A DNA stretch of 64,000 bases, from contig NC_090387.1 in the NCBI RefSeq assembly GCF_036365525.1, forward strand, positions 19,994,173-20,058,172. The letters run 5' to 3'. A program made the position numbers and the translations under genes. Position 1 is the first letter of the stretch; each line of letters starts with the position of its first letter. The notes below the pieces were generated by a model. The model was not told the origin of the DNA. It saw nothing but the letters and a program-made list of their open reading frames with translations, and did no database searches. This DNA is from Heterodontus francisci (Eukaryota). Positions 1-11,520 of this stretch are shown here, in pieces.

Positions 1-128
1 TAACTGATGGTCGGGTTGGGTCGGGTGTGGGAAAAAATGGAAGGACTCGGGCTGGGTTAGGTGTGGAGTCGGATGGGGTTCTGTCGGGCTTGGGTCGGGT
101 CTCATTTGCAGACCTGAGCAGGCCTTTA
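1..128. mobile_element. Probable terminus of a non-autonomous hAT-like DNA transposon
   Basis: Repeated TCGGG/GGGTC subterminal motifs ending in GACCTGAGCAGGCCTTTA, which resembles hAT-type ends; only one end is visible. Confidence 0.35.
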
Positions 129-189
129 TCCACATCCAATTTCTTGTTTGTCTGTGGGTGACAATCATGGATTAGAGCCCTCAAATTTC

Positions 190-725
190 CATTAGGACCA
201 GGTAAATAAGGGGTCTCAGACTCTTCTTTCATCCCTTCTCTGGTTTGACTGAAATAGGGTTTTTCCTTTTTCAACAGTGATTGAACTTAGCACTTCAGTG
301 AGTGTTTCCCCAATACAATTGCCAAAGAACCAATCAGACAGGTTTTCTTGAGCTTAAGCAAAAAAGATGTAAGTTTGTTATCCTTACCACTCTAACCTGG
401 ATAAAATTACTAAAATATGCTATACACTCCCATTCACAGGAGACACACACACACACATAGTTTACAGAGGGAAAGCAGAGTTGGGTGGTTGGAGAAGAGT
501 CTGAAATAAGTGGAATTTAAATACAGTTCAGCAGTTCCAGAGTCCATAGTTGAAATTGTAGTCCTGAAGTCCTTGCTGGGCCATGTGCACAGTTCGGGCT
601 TGCTTCTCAGGCTCGGGAAGGCAGAAGAGGGGGTTTTGAACCTTGTATCCTAATTGCTGGTCGTGGTGGTCTGTAGACTGGTTAGGGACCTGGAACCAGT
701 CCCGGCTCCTGTTTCCTGCCCCAAA
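190..725 (-). mobile_element. Diverged LTR-like fragment related to the TGTTACGACC solo-LTR family
   Basis: TTAGGACCAGGT..AAGGGGTCT..CTGGTTTGAC..CAGGTTTTCTT..AAGTTTGTTA follows the motif order of the LTRs at 19509, 33878 and 49505. Confidence 0.5.
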
Positions 726-734
726 AGCGAAAGT

Positions 735-1000
735 TCAGTGCCTTGTTTAGGATTCAAGTTTCGTAACTTCTGCTCCCTCTTTGAGTCTAAGTTTATGCAA
801 TGGCACGACAATTAAAGTTTGATTGTGTAGAAACTCTGGAAGGTATAGACTGTTACCATCTTTTTCATCTATAGAATCAATGCTGATGTATTCTGTTAAT
901 TCACCTGACAACTTTTCCAAGACTTGTTCATTCAAATTGAGTGAATCTTCATCTTTAGTGCAAAGAATAGGTTTTGTTTAAGTAAGTTATGTCAGATAAT
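735..1000 (-). pseudogene. Helitron RepHel (Pif1-family helicase) fragment
   Basis: ORF 747-935 (NEQVLEKLSGELTEYISIDSID...YLPEFLHNQTLIVVPLHKLRLKEGA) matches the Pif1/Helitron motif PEFL-x-L-P-x-G-x-PPHxLxLKxG; CTKDEDSLNL lies immediately upstream. Confidence 0.8.
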
Positions 1001-1034
1001 TGTCCCTGTCATTTTGTCACACTTAACCAATTCC

Positions 1035-1195
1035 ATTATCCCATCCACCCCTCCCATATCATCCCCATCCCATGCCATTCCATCCTTCCCATGGCATTCC
1101 TGTCATGCCATCCCCATCCTTCCATCTCTTCTATGCCAGCCCCATCTTTCCCGTCCCCATCCTCATCCGTCCCATCAATCTCATCCCATCCATCA
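1035..1195. repeat. Degenerate (CCATC)n low-complexity repeat
   Basis: Many CCATC/CATCC units; source of the Pro/Ser/His-rich spurious ORFs. Confidence 0.75.
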
Positions 1196-2196
1196 TGAAA
1201 ACAATCCCTCCAGTTGGGGCTTCCTTTACCTCATGCTGTTTTTGTTCTCCTTCAACCTCCCCCACCCTGCCACCACTGCCAGCACCGTTGGCAGTCGCAC
1301 ATGCATCACGCACTGTAGTCCGTCGCGTGCCCCACGTATCTTCGCGTGCACCAGGCATCGCCAACCAGCTAAACCCATCAACAAATGTGGCACTTAAACT
1401 GGCCCATCAAGACATTCTGGACAGACAAAAACTGACTATTATTCTTACAGATTTGCATAATACATATCTAATTTGTATTGCTCTTCGAATTCCTTCCAAG
1501 GTGATTCTGGCATGCTTCATGTAGAGAGGCTAAAAGAAAAGGGAATGTGCATTATATGAACTAACAAGTGTTTCAGTGGATTAATAAGAAACATGTGGGG
1601 TCCATTGCTGATTGGGCACTTGCTACTAGCCCAAACTGAATCAGGACCTTACATATGCTTGTAATTCAATTCACATCGTTTATTATTCTATATGACAGTT
1701 CATGTTATGATGTATGTAACATCTATCAATAAATGTCAGTAGAATCTAACCATGTATGTCTGTATGTTGCTTAGGCACTCACAGTTGGCATGTATGCCAA
1801 TTCTCAAAAGTTCTACAATGAAGAAAATTGCTTCAGGCACAAGGCAGCCTCTGATTAAGGTCGGGAGAAATTTCTGATTTGTAAAAGGAAAATGCACCAG
1901 CAAAATACATTAAAAACATCGACTATTGCCATTGCATAATTGTTTGAAATTAATTTATAGTTACGATAACTTCAGTCTGTGACTGTTTCATTGTGCAGCA
2001 GATAAATATATATAAAAGGCAAAAAAGTGGGTTGGGATGCTTTTCTCTCTTTAATGCCACTTCTGGAGCACTAGGGATAGGCACTGTAATGTGGATCCCT
2101 TTCGTATTTGTGCTTGGCATGCATTTGCTGCGGCATCCACAGCTTGGGCCAGAACCTGCATCTAAAACAGGAAGGAGCATTTTAATTGTACGTAAA

Positions 2197-3779
2197 TCAG
2201 CCAATTCGATTCGCTCCGCGTGATACCAAGAAACGACTGGATACTGCAAAGGCTATGGGCCCTGATAATATTCCGGCAATAGTACTGAAGACCTGTGCTC
2301 CAGAACTTGCCATGCCAGTAGCCAAGCTGTTCCAGTACAGCTACAACACTGGCATCTACCCAGAAATGTGGAAAATTGCCCAGGTATGTCTTATACATAA
2401 AAATCAGGACAGGTCCAACCCGACCAATTATCGCCCCATCAGTCTACTCTCAATCATTAGCAAAGTGTTGGAAGGTGTCATCGACAGTGCTATCAAGTGG
2501 CACTTGCTGAGCAATAACTTGCTCACTGATGCTCAGTTTGGGTTCTGCCAGGACCACTCAGCTCCTGACCTCATTACAGCCTTGGTTCAAACATGGACAA
2601 AAGAGCTGAACTCCAAAGGTGAGGTGAAAGTGACTGCCCTTGATATCAAGGCAGCATTTAACAGAGTATGGCATCAAGGAGCCCTCGCAAAATTGGAGTC
2701 AATGGGAATCGGGGGAAAACCCTCCACTGGTTGGAGTCATACCTAGAACAAAGGAAGATGGTTGTGGTTGTTGGAGGTCAATCATCTCAGTCCCAGGACA
2801 TTACTGCAGGGATTCCTCAGGGTAGTGTCCTAGGTCCAACCATCTTCAGCTGCTTCATCAATGACCTTCATTCCATCATAAGGTCATAAGTGGGGATGTT
2901 TTCTGATGATTGCACAATGTTCAGCACCATTCATGACTCCTCAGATACTGAAGCAGCCCGTGTCTGTATGCAGCAAGAACTGGACAACATCAAGGCTTGA
3001 GCTGATAATTGGCAAGTAACATTCGCGCCACACAACTGCCAGGCAATGGCCATCTCAAACAAGAGAGAATCTAACCATCTCCCCTTGACGTTCAATGGCA
3101 TTACCATCACTGAATCCCCCACTATCAACATCCTGGGGGTCACCATTGACCAGAAACTGAACTGGAGTAGCCACATAAATGCTGTGGCTACAAAAGCAGG
3201 TCAGAGGCTGGGAATTCTGCAGAGTGTAACTCACCTCCTGACTCCCCAAAGCCTGTCCACCATCTACAAGGCACAAGTCAGGAGTGTAATGGAACTTACC
3301 TGGATGGGTGCAGCTCCAACAACACTCAAGAAGTTCGACACCATCCAGGACAAACCAACCCGCGTGATTGGCATCCCATCTACAAACATTCACTCCCTCC
3401 ACCACCGATGCACAGTGGCAGCAGTGTGTACCATCTACAAGATGCACTGCAGCAACTCACCAGGGCTCCGTCGATAGAACCTTCCAAACCCGCAACCTCT
3501 ACCACGTAGAAGGACAAGGGCAGCAGATGCATGGGAACAGCATCACATGCAGTTTCCCCTCCAAGCCACACACTATGCTGACTTGGAACTATATCACCGT
3601 TCCTTCACTGTCTTTGGGTCAACATCCTGGAACTCCCTTCCGAGAGGCACAGTTGGTGTACCTACACCCCAACGACTGCAGCGATTCAAGAAGGCAGCTC
3701 ACCACCGCTTTCCCAAGGGCAATTTGGGATGGGCAATAAATGTTGGCCTAGCCCGCGATGCCCACATCCTCTGAACGAA
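2197..3779 (+). mobile_element. CR1/Jockey-group LINE family A, 5'-truncated (RT to 3' end)
   Basis: GPDNIPAIVLKTCAPELA, NYRPISLLS, ALDIKAAF, GIPQGSVLGP and FSDD motifs with stops and frameshifts; 3' UTR GATGGGCAATAAATG..CCCACATCC. Confidence 0.92.
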
Positions 3780-3972
3780 GGTGAAAATGGAAAATATTTG
3801 ATTCAGCTGAGGTAAAATTAGGCACTGCTGAAAAGTGCATGACCGATTGAAAAATTAGGGCCATTGACTCCAAAGCTGTCCCCTATGGTTGCCTAGAAAG
3901 CCCTGAGGCATCATCATTGAAGACAGTGGTGACCTATGGTGCCAATGGGATGCAGTTGAGATTAGCTCCCAG

Positions 3973-4090
3973 CATAAGAAAATAAGAAATAGAGGCAGGT
4001 TTAGGCAGTAAGACCCCTCAAGCCTGCTCTGTCATTCAATAAGATCCTGGCTGATTTTCCACCTCAACTTCACTTACCCACTGTCTCCCC
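3973..4090 (-). mobile_element. CR1 3' tail fragment
   Basis: CATAAGAAAATAAGAAATAG..CCCCTCAAGCCTGCTC..CATTCAATAAGATC is the reverse of the CR1 3' end seen elsewhere in the window. Confidence 0.7.
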
Positions 4091-4261
4091 AAAGGCTGCA
4101 TTTACTGACAAAGCAACCAGTAGGTGGCTCATTACTGGCACATGTGCAAATGCAGCCTCATCCACTGAAATGTCAGTGTCTGCAAGGTCTCAGGCAGCTG
4201 CCAGTAATAAAAATGGCACGACTCAATTTGTCACAAAAAGCAAATTAAACCCAAACCCCTC

Positions 4262-4997
4262 AATGACTGCAATCTCCACCTCCATCCCACCCCAACAGTA
4301 TCCCGCGCCCTCCTGCCATCGCAGTTCTCTTTGCTGCTCCCTCCCACGTCCGTCTGCTCGTTGCTCGTTCCCTGCCTCACCACTGACTCCTCTCGGCCAC
4401 TTGCTCCCTGTCTTGCCACTGCCTCCCCTTGGCCGCTCACTCACGGCCTCGCTGCTTCTCCTCTCTGAGTGGCTCATTGCCGTGTTGCCCCGTTACCCCT
4501 CACTCCACCCTTGGCGACTCGTTTCCCACTGCTTCTATGGTTCTATTGCTGGAAGGTCGGATTAGAATGAGTGGCTAGTTTTTTTCAGGATGGGCTGAAT
4601 GCCCTCTTTCTGTGCCATAACTTTTCTGTGGTTCTGTGGTTCTATGGCTTCTCTGGGTGGCGTTGTGGGGAGCAATTGGCCGAGGGGTGGAAGCAGTGAT
4701 TGGGCAGCTGAGGGGGGGAGCAGTGCGCGAGCGGCTGTAGTGGTGAGGCAGGGAGTGAACAGCCGGAGGAGGGATGTGGTGGGGGTGGGGGGGGGGGATG
4801 TTGGAGCGTGGAGCAACTGAGTGTCAGAGTCGTGGCAGTAAATGGAGAGGCGGGGAGCAACTGGCTGAGGGGAGAAGCAGCTGAGGGGTGGTGGTGGGGG
4901 GGGGGGGGGTGATGGTGATTCGGTGAGGCAGGTGGGAAGTGAGCAGCTGAAGTGGGGTAGTGTTGGGGGAGGAATGGAGTTGGCGATTGCAGCTATT
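4262..4997. repeat. Long imperfect inverted repeat (C-rich arm and G-rich arm)
   Basis: AATGACTGCAATCTCCACCTCCATCCCACCCCAACAGTATCCC (from 4262) matches the reverse complement of ~4954-4997; further paired blocks lie inside. Confidence 0.6.
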
Positions 4998-5249
4998 GAG
5001 GAGTGAGGCAATGCTCAGATGTCATTGAGTCTGGTGTCATTGTGTGTTGACGTTGGTGCACGCATACGCAGCTTCATTCTGGCAAGCTTGGAAATGTTTG
5101 GACGCCCTGTTTACGTTGTTGATCACTCTGCACATGCTCTGCATTGTCAGGCAACACTCCATTCCCCAAATCCTTTGATTGTCTTCAAGATCTTCATGCT
5201 CCAGGTGAGATGTTGAGCCTGAGCTTTCTTTGTTTCTACTCCCTTGCCA

Positions 5250-8200
5250 TCGGCCTTGACAAACACATGTGCTGGAAGATTCTCCAGCTGCAAAAAGGTG
5301 AGCTCCACGTTTTGGAACTCGAGCAGAGGTTGAAGTCACTGTGGTGCATCAGCGAAGCTCAAAACTACATGGATAGCATGTTTAACAAAGTGATCACCCC
5401 GCAGATTAAGAGTGTGCAGGCAGAGAGGGAATGGTTGACCGCTAGGCAGTCTAGAAAGACCAGGTAAGGTAGTGCAGGGGTCCTCCTAGTCTATCTCACT
5501 CACTAACCAGTTTTCTGTTTTGAATACTGGTGAGGGTGATGGTTTGTCAGAGGACTGTAGCAAGAGCCAAGTTTGTGACACCACAGCTCAGCTGCACCGG
5601 TTGGGGGGGAGGGAAGAAGAGTGGAACGGCAATAGTGGTAGGCAATTTGATAGTTAGGGGAACAGACAGGTGTTTCTGTGGCCTTAGAGGTGACTCCAGG
5701 AGGGAGGACGTTAGATTCCTGGGGCATTAGGACTGGTTCTGGGGCAGGTGGGACTTGTACAAGATGAACGGGTTGCACCTTAACAGGACTGCGACTAATA
5801 ACCTCATGGGGAGATTTGCTAGTGCTGTTGGGGAGGGTATAAACTAGCATTTCAGGAGATTGGGAATTCAGATAGGAGGAAAACAAAGCTGGTTATGGGA
5901 AGTAGAAAAGCTGTGAATGAAAGTGGAAAGAAACAGAAACAAATGCTAGAACCAACCACGGTCCAAATACAGAATAATGTTAAAAAGGGAGAATTAAAGG
6001 CACTGTATCTGAATGCACGCAGCATTCGCAACAAGATAAGTGAGTTGATGGCGCAAGTAGAAGTAAACGGGTTTGATTTAATTGCCATTATGGAGACGTG
6101 GCTGCAGGGTGACCAACAGGCAAAAAGGAAAAGGAGATGGGGTAGTGTTGACAATAAGGTATGAGATCAGTGGGTTAGTGGGGGAGGATCTTCGATCGGA
6201 AGAACAGGAGTAGAATCTGTTTGGGTGGATCTAAGAAACAGCAAGGGGCAACAATTATTGGTAGGAGTCACCAAGCAGTAGTGGTAATGTAGGGCATGGT
6301 ATAAATCAGGAAATTAGAAGTGCATGTATCAAGGGCAATGCATTAATCCTTGGTGATCTCAATCTACATATAGACTGGGTAAATCTAATGGGCACCAATG
6401 CTGTGGAAGAAGAATTCTCGGAATATGTCTGAGGTGGTTTTCTGGAGCAATATCTTGAGGAACCAACTAACGAATAGGCTATTTTGGATCTAGTATTATG
6501 TAATGAGAAAGGGCTAATTAATAATCTGGTGGTAAAAGAACCTTTAGGGAAAAGTGACCACAGTATGATAGAATTTTCCATTATGTTTGAAAAAGATGTA
6601 GTTCAATCTGAAACTAGAGTCTTAAATCTAAACAAGGGCACGAGGTATAAAGGTATGAGGAGCAAGTTGGTCGTTGTGGATTGGAAACATACATTAAAAG
6701 GTTTGACGGTAGGCAATGGGCTAGTATTTAAATAATGAATGCACGATTTTCAAAAACATACATTCCTTTGAGGCAAAAGAACCCAATAGGGAAAGCGAGT
6801 CATCTGTGGCTAACAAAGGAAGTTAAAGATAGTGTTGGATCAAAGGGGAAGGCTTATAAAGTTGCCAAAAAAAGCTGTAAGTTGGAGGATTGTGAAAATT
6901 TTAGAATCCAGCAAAGGAAGACCAAGAAATTGATAAAGAAAGAGAGAATAAAATATGAATGTAAACCAGCAAGAAATATAAATATGGATTGTAAAAGCTT
7001 CTATAGGTATGTAAAAAGGAAAAAAAAAAGCAAAGACAAATGTGGGTCCATTACAGGCAGAGACAGGAGAATTTATAATGGCAAATAGAGACATGGTAGA
7101 GAAGCTAAATAATTACTTCGTGTCTGTCTTCATGGAGGAAGATACAAGAAGTCTCCCTGAAATAATTGAGATCCAAGGATCTAGTGAGAATGAGGAATTG
7201 AAAGAAATTAAGATTAGTAAAAAAGTAGTATTGGAGAAATTAATGGGACTGAAAGTTGACAAATCCCTGGGACCCAATGAGCTTCACCCTAGAATGTTGA
7301 AAGAGATGGCTACAGAGATAGTGGATGCATTGGTGATCATCTTTCAAAATTCTATAAATTCTGCATTGGTGCCTGCAGATTGGAAGGTTGCAAATGCAAC
7401 CCCACTGTTTAAGAAAGGAGGGAGAGAGAAAATGGGCAACTACAGACCTGTTAGCCTGACGTTGGTTGTAGGGAAAATAATTGAATCTATTATAAAGGAT
7501 GCAATTACTGGACACTTAGAAAATAATGGTCTGATTGGGCAGAGTCAACATGGATTTATGGAGGGGAAATCAAAGGGTAAGCAAAAGTAAAGTGCATGGA
7601 ATTGGGAGTGATATACTAGCATGGATTGAGCATTGGGTAAGAGGTAGAAAACAGAGAGTAGGAATAAATGGCTCATTTTCAGGTTGGCAGGCTGTGACTA
7701 GTGGGGTACTACAAGGATCAGTGCTTGGGCCCCAGCTGTTCACAATCTATATCAATGATTTGGATGTGGGGACCAATTATAATATTTCCAAGTTTGTGGA
7801 TGACACAAAACTTGGTGGGAATGTGAGTTGTGTGGAGGATGCAAAGACCCTTCAAGGGGATTTGGACAGGCTGAGTGAGTGGGTGAGAACATGGCAGATG
7901 GAATATAATGTGGATAAGTGTGAGATCATCCACTTTGGTAGGAGGAAAAGAGGTGCAGAGTATTTCTTAAATAGTGAGAGATTGGAAAGTGTTGATGTCC
8001 AAAGGGACCTGGGTGTTCTTGTTCATAAGTCACTGAAGGCCAGCATGCAGGTGCAGCAAGCAATTAAGAAGGAAAATGGTATGTTAGCATTTATCGCAAG
8101 AGGATTTGAGTACAGGAGCAAAGAAATCTTGCTTCAATTGTATAGAGCCTTGGTGAGGCTGCACCTGGAATATTGTGTGCAGTTCTGCTCCCCTTGTCAT

Positions 8201-8697
8201 AGAGGGAGTGCAGCGGAGGTTCCCCAGTCTGATTCCTGGGATGGTGGGATTTTCCTATGAGGAGAGATTGAGGAGATTGGGCCTGAATTCCCTGGAGTTT
8301 AGAAGAATGAGAGGCGATCTCATAGAAACTTACAAAAGTCTTAAAGGAATAGACAGGGTAGATGCAGAAAGGATGTTTCCCCTGGCTGGGGGGTCTAGAA
8401 CCAGGGGACACAATCTCAGAATAAAGGGCAAGCCATTTAGGACTGAGATGAGGAGAAACTTCTTTACTCAGAGGGTGGTGAATCTTTGGAATTCTCTGCC
8501 CCAGTGGGTGGTGGAAGCTCAGTCACTGAGTAAGTTCAAGACAGAGATCAATAGATTTCTAGTTGCTAATGCCATCAAGGGATATGGGGATAGTGTGGGA
8601 ATATGGCATTGAGGTAGATGATCAATCATAATCTAGAATGGCGGAGCAGGCTTGAAGGGCTGAATGGCCTACTCCTGCTCCTGTGCTCCTATGTTCC
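5250..8697 (+). mobile_element. Near full-length decayed CR1 LINE (family B): ORF1, endonuclease, RT and 3' tail
   Basis: ORF1 HMCWKILQLQ..LELEQRL and esterase motif AIVVGNLIVRGTDRCFCG; endonuclease LKALYLNARSIRNK and LGKSDH; RT GVLQGSVLGP and FVDDTKL; tail GCTCCTATGTTCC; internal deletions present. Confidence 0.95.
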
Positions 8698-8728
8698 AAT
8701 ATTCACAGCTAAGTGCCACTCTTGCCGT

Positions 8729-10046
8729 TGTTATGAGAGGCTTCTTTTTTTAAAATATATTTTTATGGACTCATATTTAAATTGTAGTAATGTATTCATT
8801 TGGACGCCTGAAGAAATGCTAGACTTTGTTTTTTCACTGGGGTAATTGAAAGGACACTTGACTGAAAACACTTACTGGAGGAATCAAAGAGTGCTAAAAA
8901 CAACCTCTGCTGGAGATCACCTGCCTTAAGATAAATAAATAACAGGAACCTTGGACTAAGGGGAGATGTTTATAGAGAAACCACATGTCAAGTTTTATGG
9001 AGGTCAAGAGGTTGACTTTCTGTTTTGGGGTTTGGATTGTTTTCAGTTCAGTTGGGGTGTGAACTGTTTTGAAGACACATTGGTGGTTTTGCCTGCCAAG
9101 GAAAAACGAAACCCCAGCTCATCGTTCCTGCACCTCTCTAAGAGACCCTGAAAAGGCCAGTGTGTCAGCTCCTCTTTCCTCCTGTCTTTGGAAAAACCCT
9201 GTGATTCATGTGTGTGCTGGCTGAAACCCCTGATGCCACATTTCTCCTGGAAAGCTTACCAGATGATTTCCCAACATCTCCAGAATAAACTGCTTCTGAA
9301 AAGATCCCAGTGACCCATCTGCATGTACTTGGACGCCAGGTCAAAAGAGACAACTGGCATCTTTCCACATCTCTTTTTTCTTCAAGAATGAGCAAGTATT
9401 CGGCCAAAGTATTCTTTTTTTGTTTGGCTTTTTCTTGTAACAGACCTCTGCAGAGAGAACTTGGGTGGCACAGTGGTGCATTGGTTAGCACCGCAGCCTC
9501 ACAGCTCCAGTGACCTGGGTCCAATTCTGGGTACTGCCTGTGCAGAGTTTGCAAGTTCTCCCTGTGACCGCGTGGGTTTCCGCTGGGTGCTCCGGTTTCC
9601 TCCCACAGCCAAAGACTTGCAGGTTGATCGGTAAATTGGCCATTGTAAATTGACCCTAGTGTAGGTAGGTGGTTGGGCAATTGTGGGGATGTGGTAGGGA
9701 ATATGGGATTAATGTAGGATTATATAAATGGGTCAGCACAGACTCAGTGGGCCGAAGGGCCTGTTTCAGTGCTGTATCTCTCTATGACTCTAACTTATAT
9801 ATTTTTTCAGTGTATGTGAGTCTGTGTGTTAATGCTTTGCTTCATTACTAGATAAGTCTTGTTTTTTAATTACTGATAATTTTGTTGTTTATTAAAGTAA
9901 CCTGGTTGGTTTATTTATTCTGGGATAAAGAGTAGAGCATATGATTGACTGAATCGGTAACTGGGTCACCATTTAAACATACGTTGTGACCTGTGGAGAA
10001 ATGGAACTATAAAAAACAGTGCACTCCTCCCACCTCAGTTGTAACA
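8729..10046 (+). mobile_element. Solo LTR (Gypsy-like) interrupted by a SINE
   Basis: TGTTATGAG...TTGTAACA termini; flanks CCGT/CTGT form a 4-bp TSD with one CpG-type transition; ATTAAA near 9891. Confidence 0.8.
9463..9791 (+). mobile_element. tRNA-derived V-SINE (HE1-like) with CR1-type tail
   Basis: A box TGGTGCATTGG, B-box-like GGTCCAATTCT, V-domain GGGTTTCC..GGGTGCTCCGGTTTCCTCCCACA, tail GGGCCGAAGGGCCTGTTTC..; AACTT TSD at 9458-9462 and 9792-9796. Confidence 0.92.
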
Positions 10047-10559
10047 CTGTAGACCCACTATCTGGGGTAATAATCACTGCCAGTCATGCATGTCTATGCC
10101 TTCCTCTCCTCATGCTATACTATGGCCATTGCATCCATGTACTTCACAAAAAGACAACTTGTGGGTACGGTTCACTTCTGTGAGTGGTGATACTTGGAAA
10201 TGTTTTAATCTGTTGCATTCAATAATGACAAGTCTGAACTGGTGTAAAATAAAGTGGACTACTTGCTGCATAGGTAAGAAAATGTAACCCTCGCACTGAG
10301 ATATTTTCATTCACCAGACCAGCTATTATCATAGGGTCTCTGGATATAAAAATATCAATTAAGTTTTAAAATTATAGGCATTTCTGAAGTGAGAACTTCC
10401 ACCTGCCAGGAACGGAATTGGGACAGCCCAAATTCATGTCAGTTTAAACATTTTCAGTCCATCCGTCTTGGTTAGATTTGAGTGCTGATACTGGAGTTGA
10501 AGTTTCTTACTAACTAAATGCACTGACAAGTGAACCATTTGCCTTAGTTTTCTCTCCTC

Positions 10560-10885
10560 TTCTCCTGAAGGCATTAATGCAGTTCTTTAGGCATCAGGCA
10601 CCATCCAGGACTTTGCTCAAGTGGCCATTCTTCAAGTGTGAACCTAGATAATAAGTATCAGCAGGCAATTTGACTGTGGTCAGCATCATAACCAAGCCTG
10701 ATCCTGTCCTCAGCAGACATAGACTTTCTGGTGGGTTGTGGGGGATGGGGGAAGTCACTGAATAACAATCAGGCTTGGGAACCCTAGCTGATTTCTGTGC
10801 CTAGCTCAGGTTTGGTTGGAGCAAATGTATTGTTCCAAATGCTGCCCTGGCTACAATAAGCTAACACAGCACAGACTGGGGGCTT
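10560..10885 (-). mobile_element. Old SINE-like repeat
   Basis: Reverse complement resembles 49130-49310 and 57950-58115. Confidence 0.5.
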
Positions 10886-10911
10886 AAAGCAAAGAAAGAA
10901 CTTGCATCTAT

Positions 10912-11220
10912 CTTTTGGATGAGACATTAAATTGAGGCTCTGTCTGCCCTCTCACGTGAACATAAAAGATCCTATGGCACTATTTCAAAGAAGAGCTTAT
11001 TACCAGTGTCCTTGCCAATATTTATCCATCAATCGACATCAAAAGAATAGATTATCTGGTCATTATCACATTGCTGGTTGTGGGAGCTTCCTGTGTGCAA
11101 ATTGGCTCCCACGATTCCTATATTATAACAGTGACTGCACCTCAAAAGTATTTAATTGGCTGTAAAGCATTTTGAGATGTCCGGTGGTCATGAAAGACAC
11201 TATATAAATGCAAGATTTTC
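10912..11220 (+). mobile_element. Deu-domain SINE (SacSINE1/AmnSINE-related) with L2-type tail
   Basis: AAAAGATCCTATGGCACTATTTCAAAGAAGAG..ATCACATTGCTG..GTGGGAGCTT..CAAATTGGCT..TAATTGGCTGTAAAGC..TATATAAATGCAAG. Confidence 0.8.
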
Positions 11221-11239
11221 TGCCTAAACATCTTTTTTC

Positions 11240-11520
11240 TTTGATATAGTATGTTTCACAACCTAAAGATGTCCCAAAGCGCTTTACAACCAATTAAGTA
11301 CTTTTGAAATGTAGTCTCTGTTGTAACATAGGAAACACAGCAGCCAAAATGCATGCAGCAATATGATAATCATCAGATAATCTGTTTCAGCAATATTGGC
11401 AAGGACGCTGGGGAGAACTCCCCATGCTCTTCTTTGTGTCATGCCATGGGATCTTTTACGCCCAACTGACCAAGCGCATGGGGACTTCATTTAACTTCTG
11501 ATCTGAAAGATGGCACCAAG
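11240..11520 (-). mobile_element. Deu-domain SINE, inverted copy
   Basis: GTCCCAAAGCGCTTTACAACCAATTAAGTACTTTTGAAATGTAGTC..GCCATGGGATCTTTTACG is the reverse of the preceding SINE. Confidence 0.8.

Noticed and set aside
989-1524. Overlapping Pro/Ser/His-rich ORFs of up to 150 aa
   Set aside because: They arise from the CCATC low-complexity tract and GC-rich repeat sequence; no recognisable domain.
1450-1530. Possible minus-strand exon after a TTTTCTTTTAG acceptor (PLYMKHARITLEGIRRAIQI)
   Set aside because: No good donor and no recognisable protein; cannot be supported without a search.
9463-9540. tRNA gene
   Set aside because: It is the tRNA-derived head of a SINE; no complete cloverleaf.
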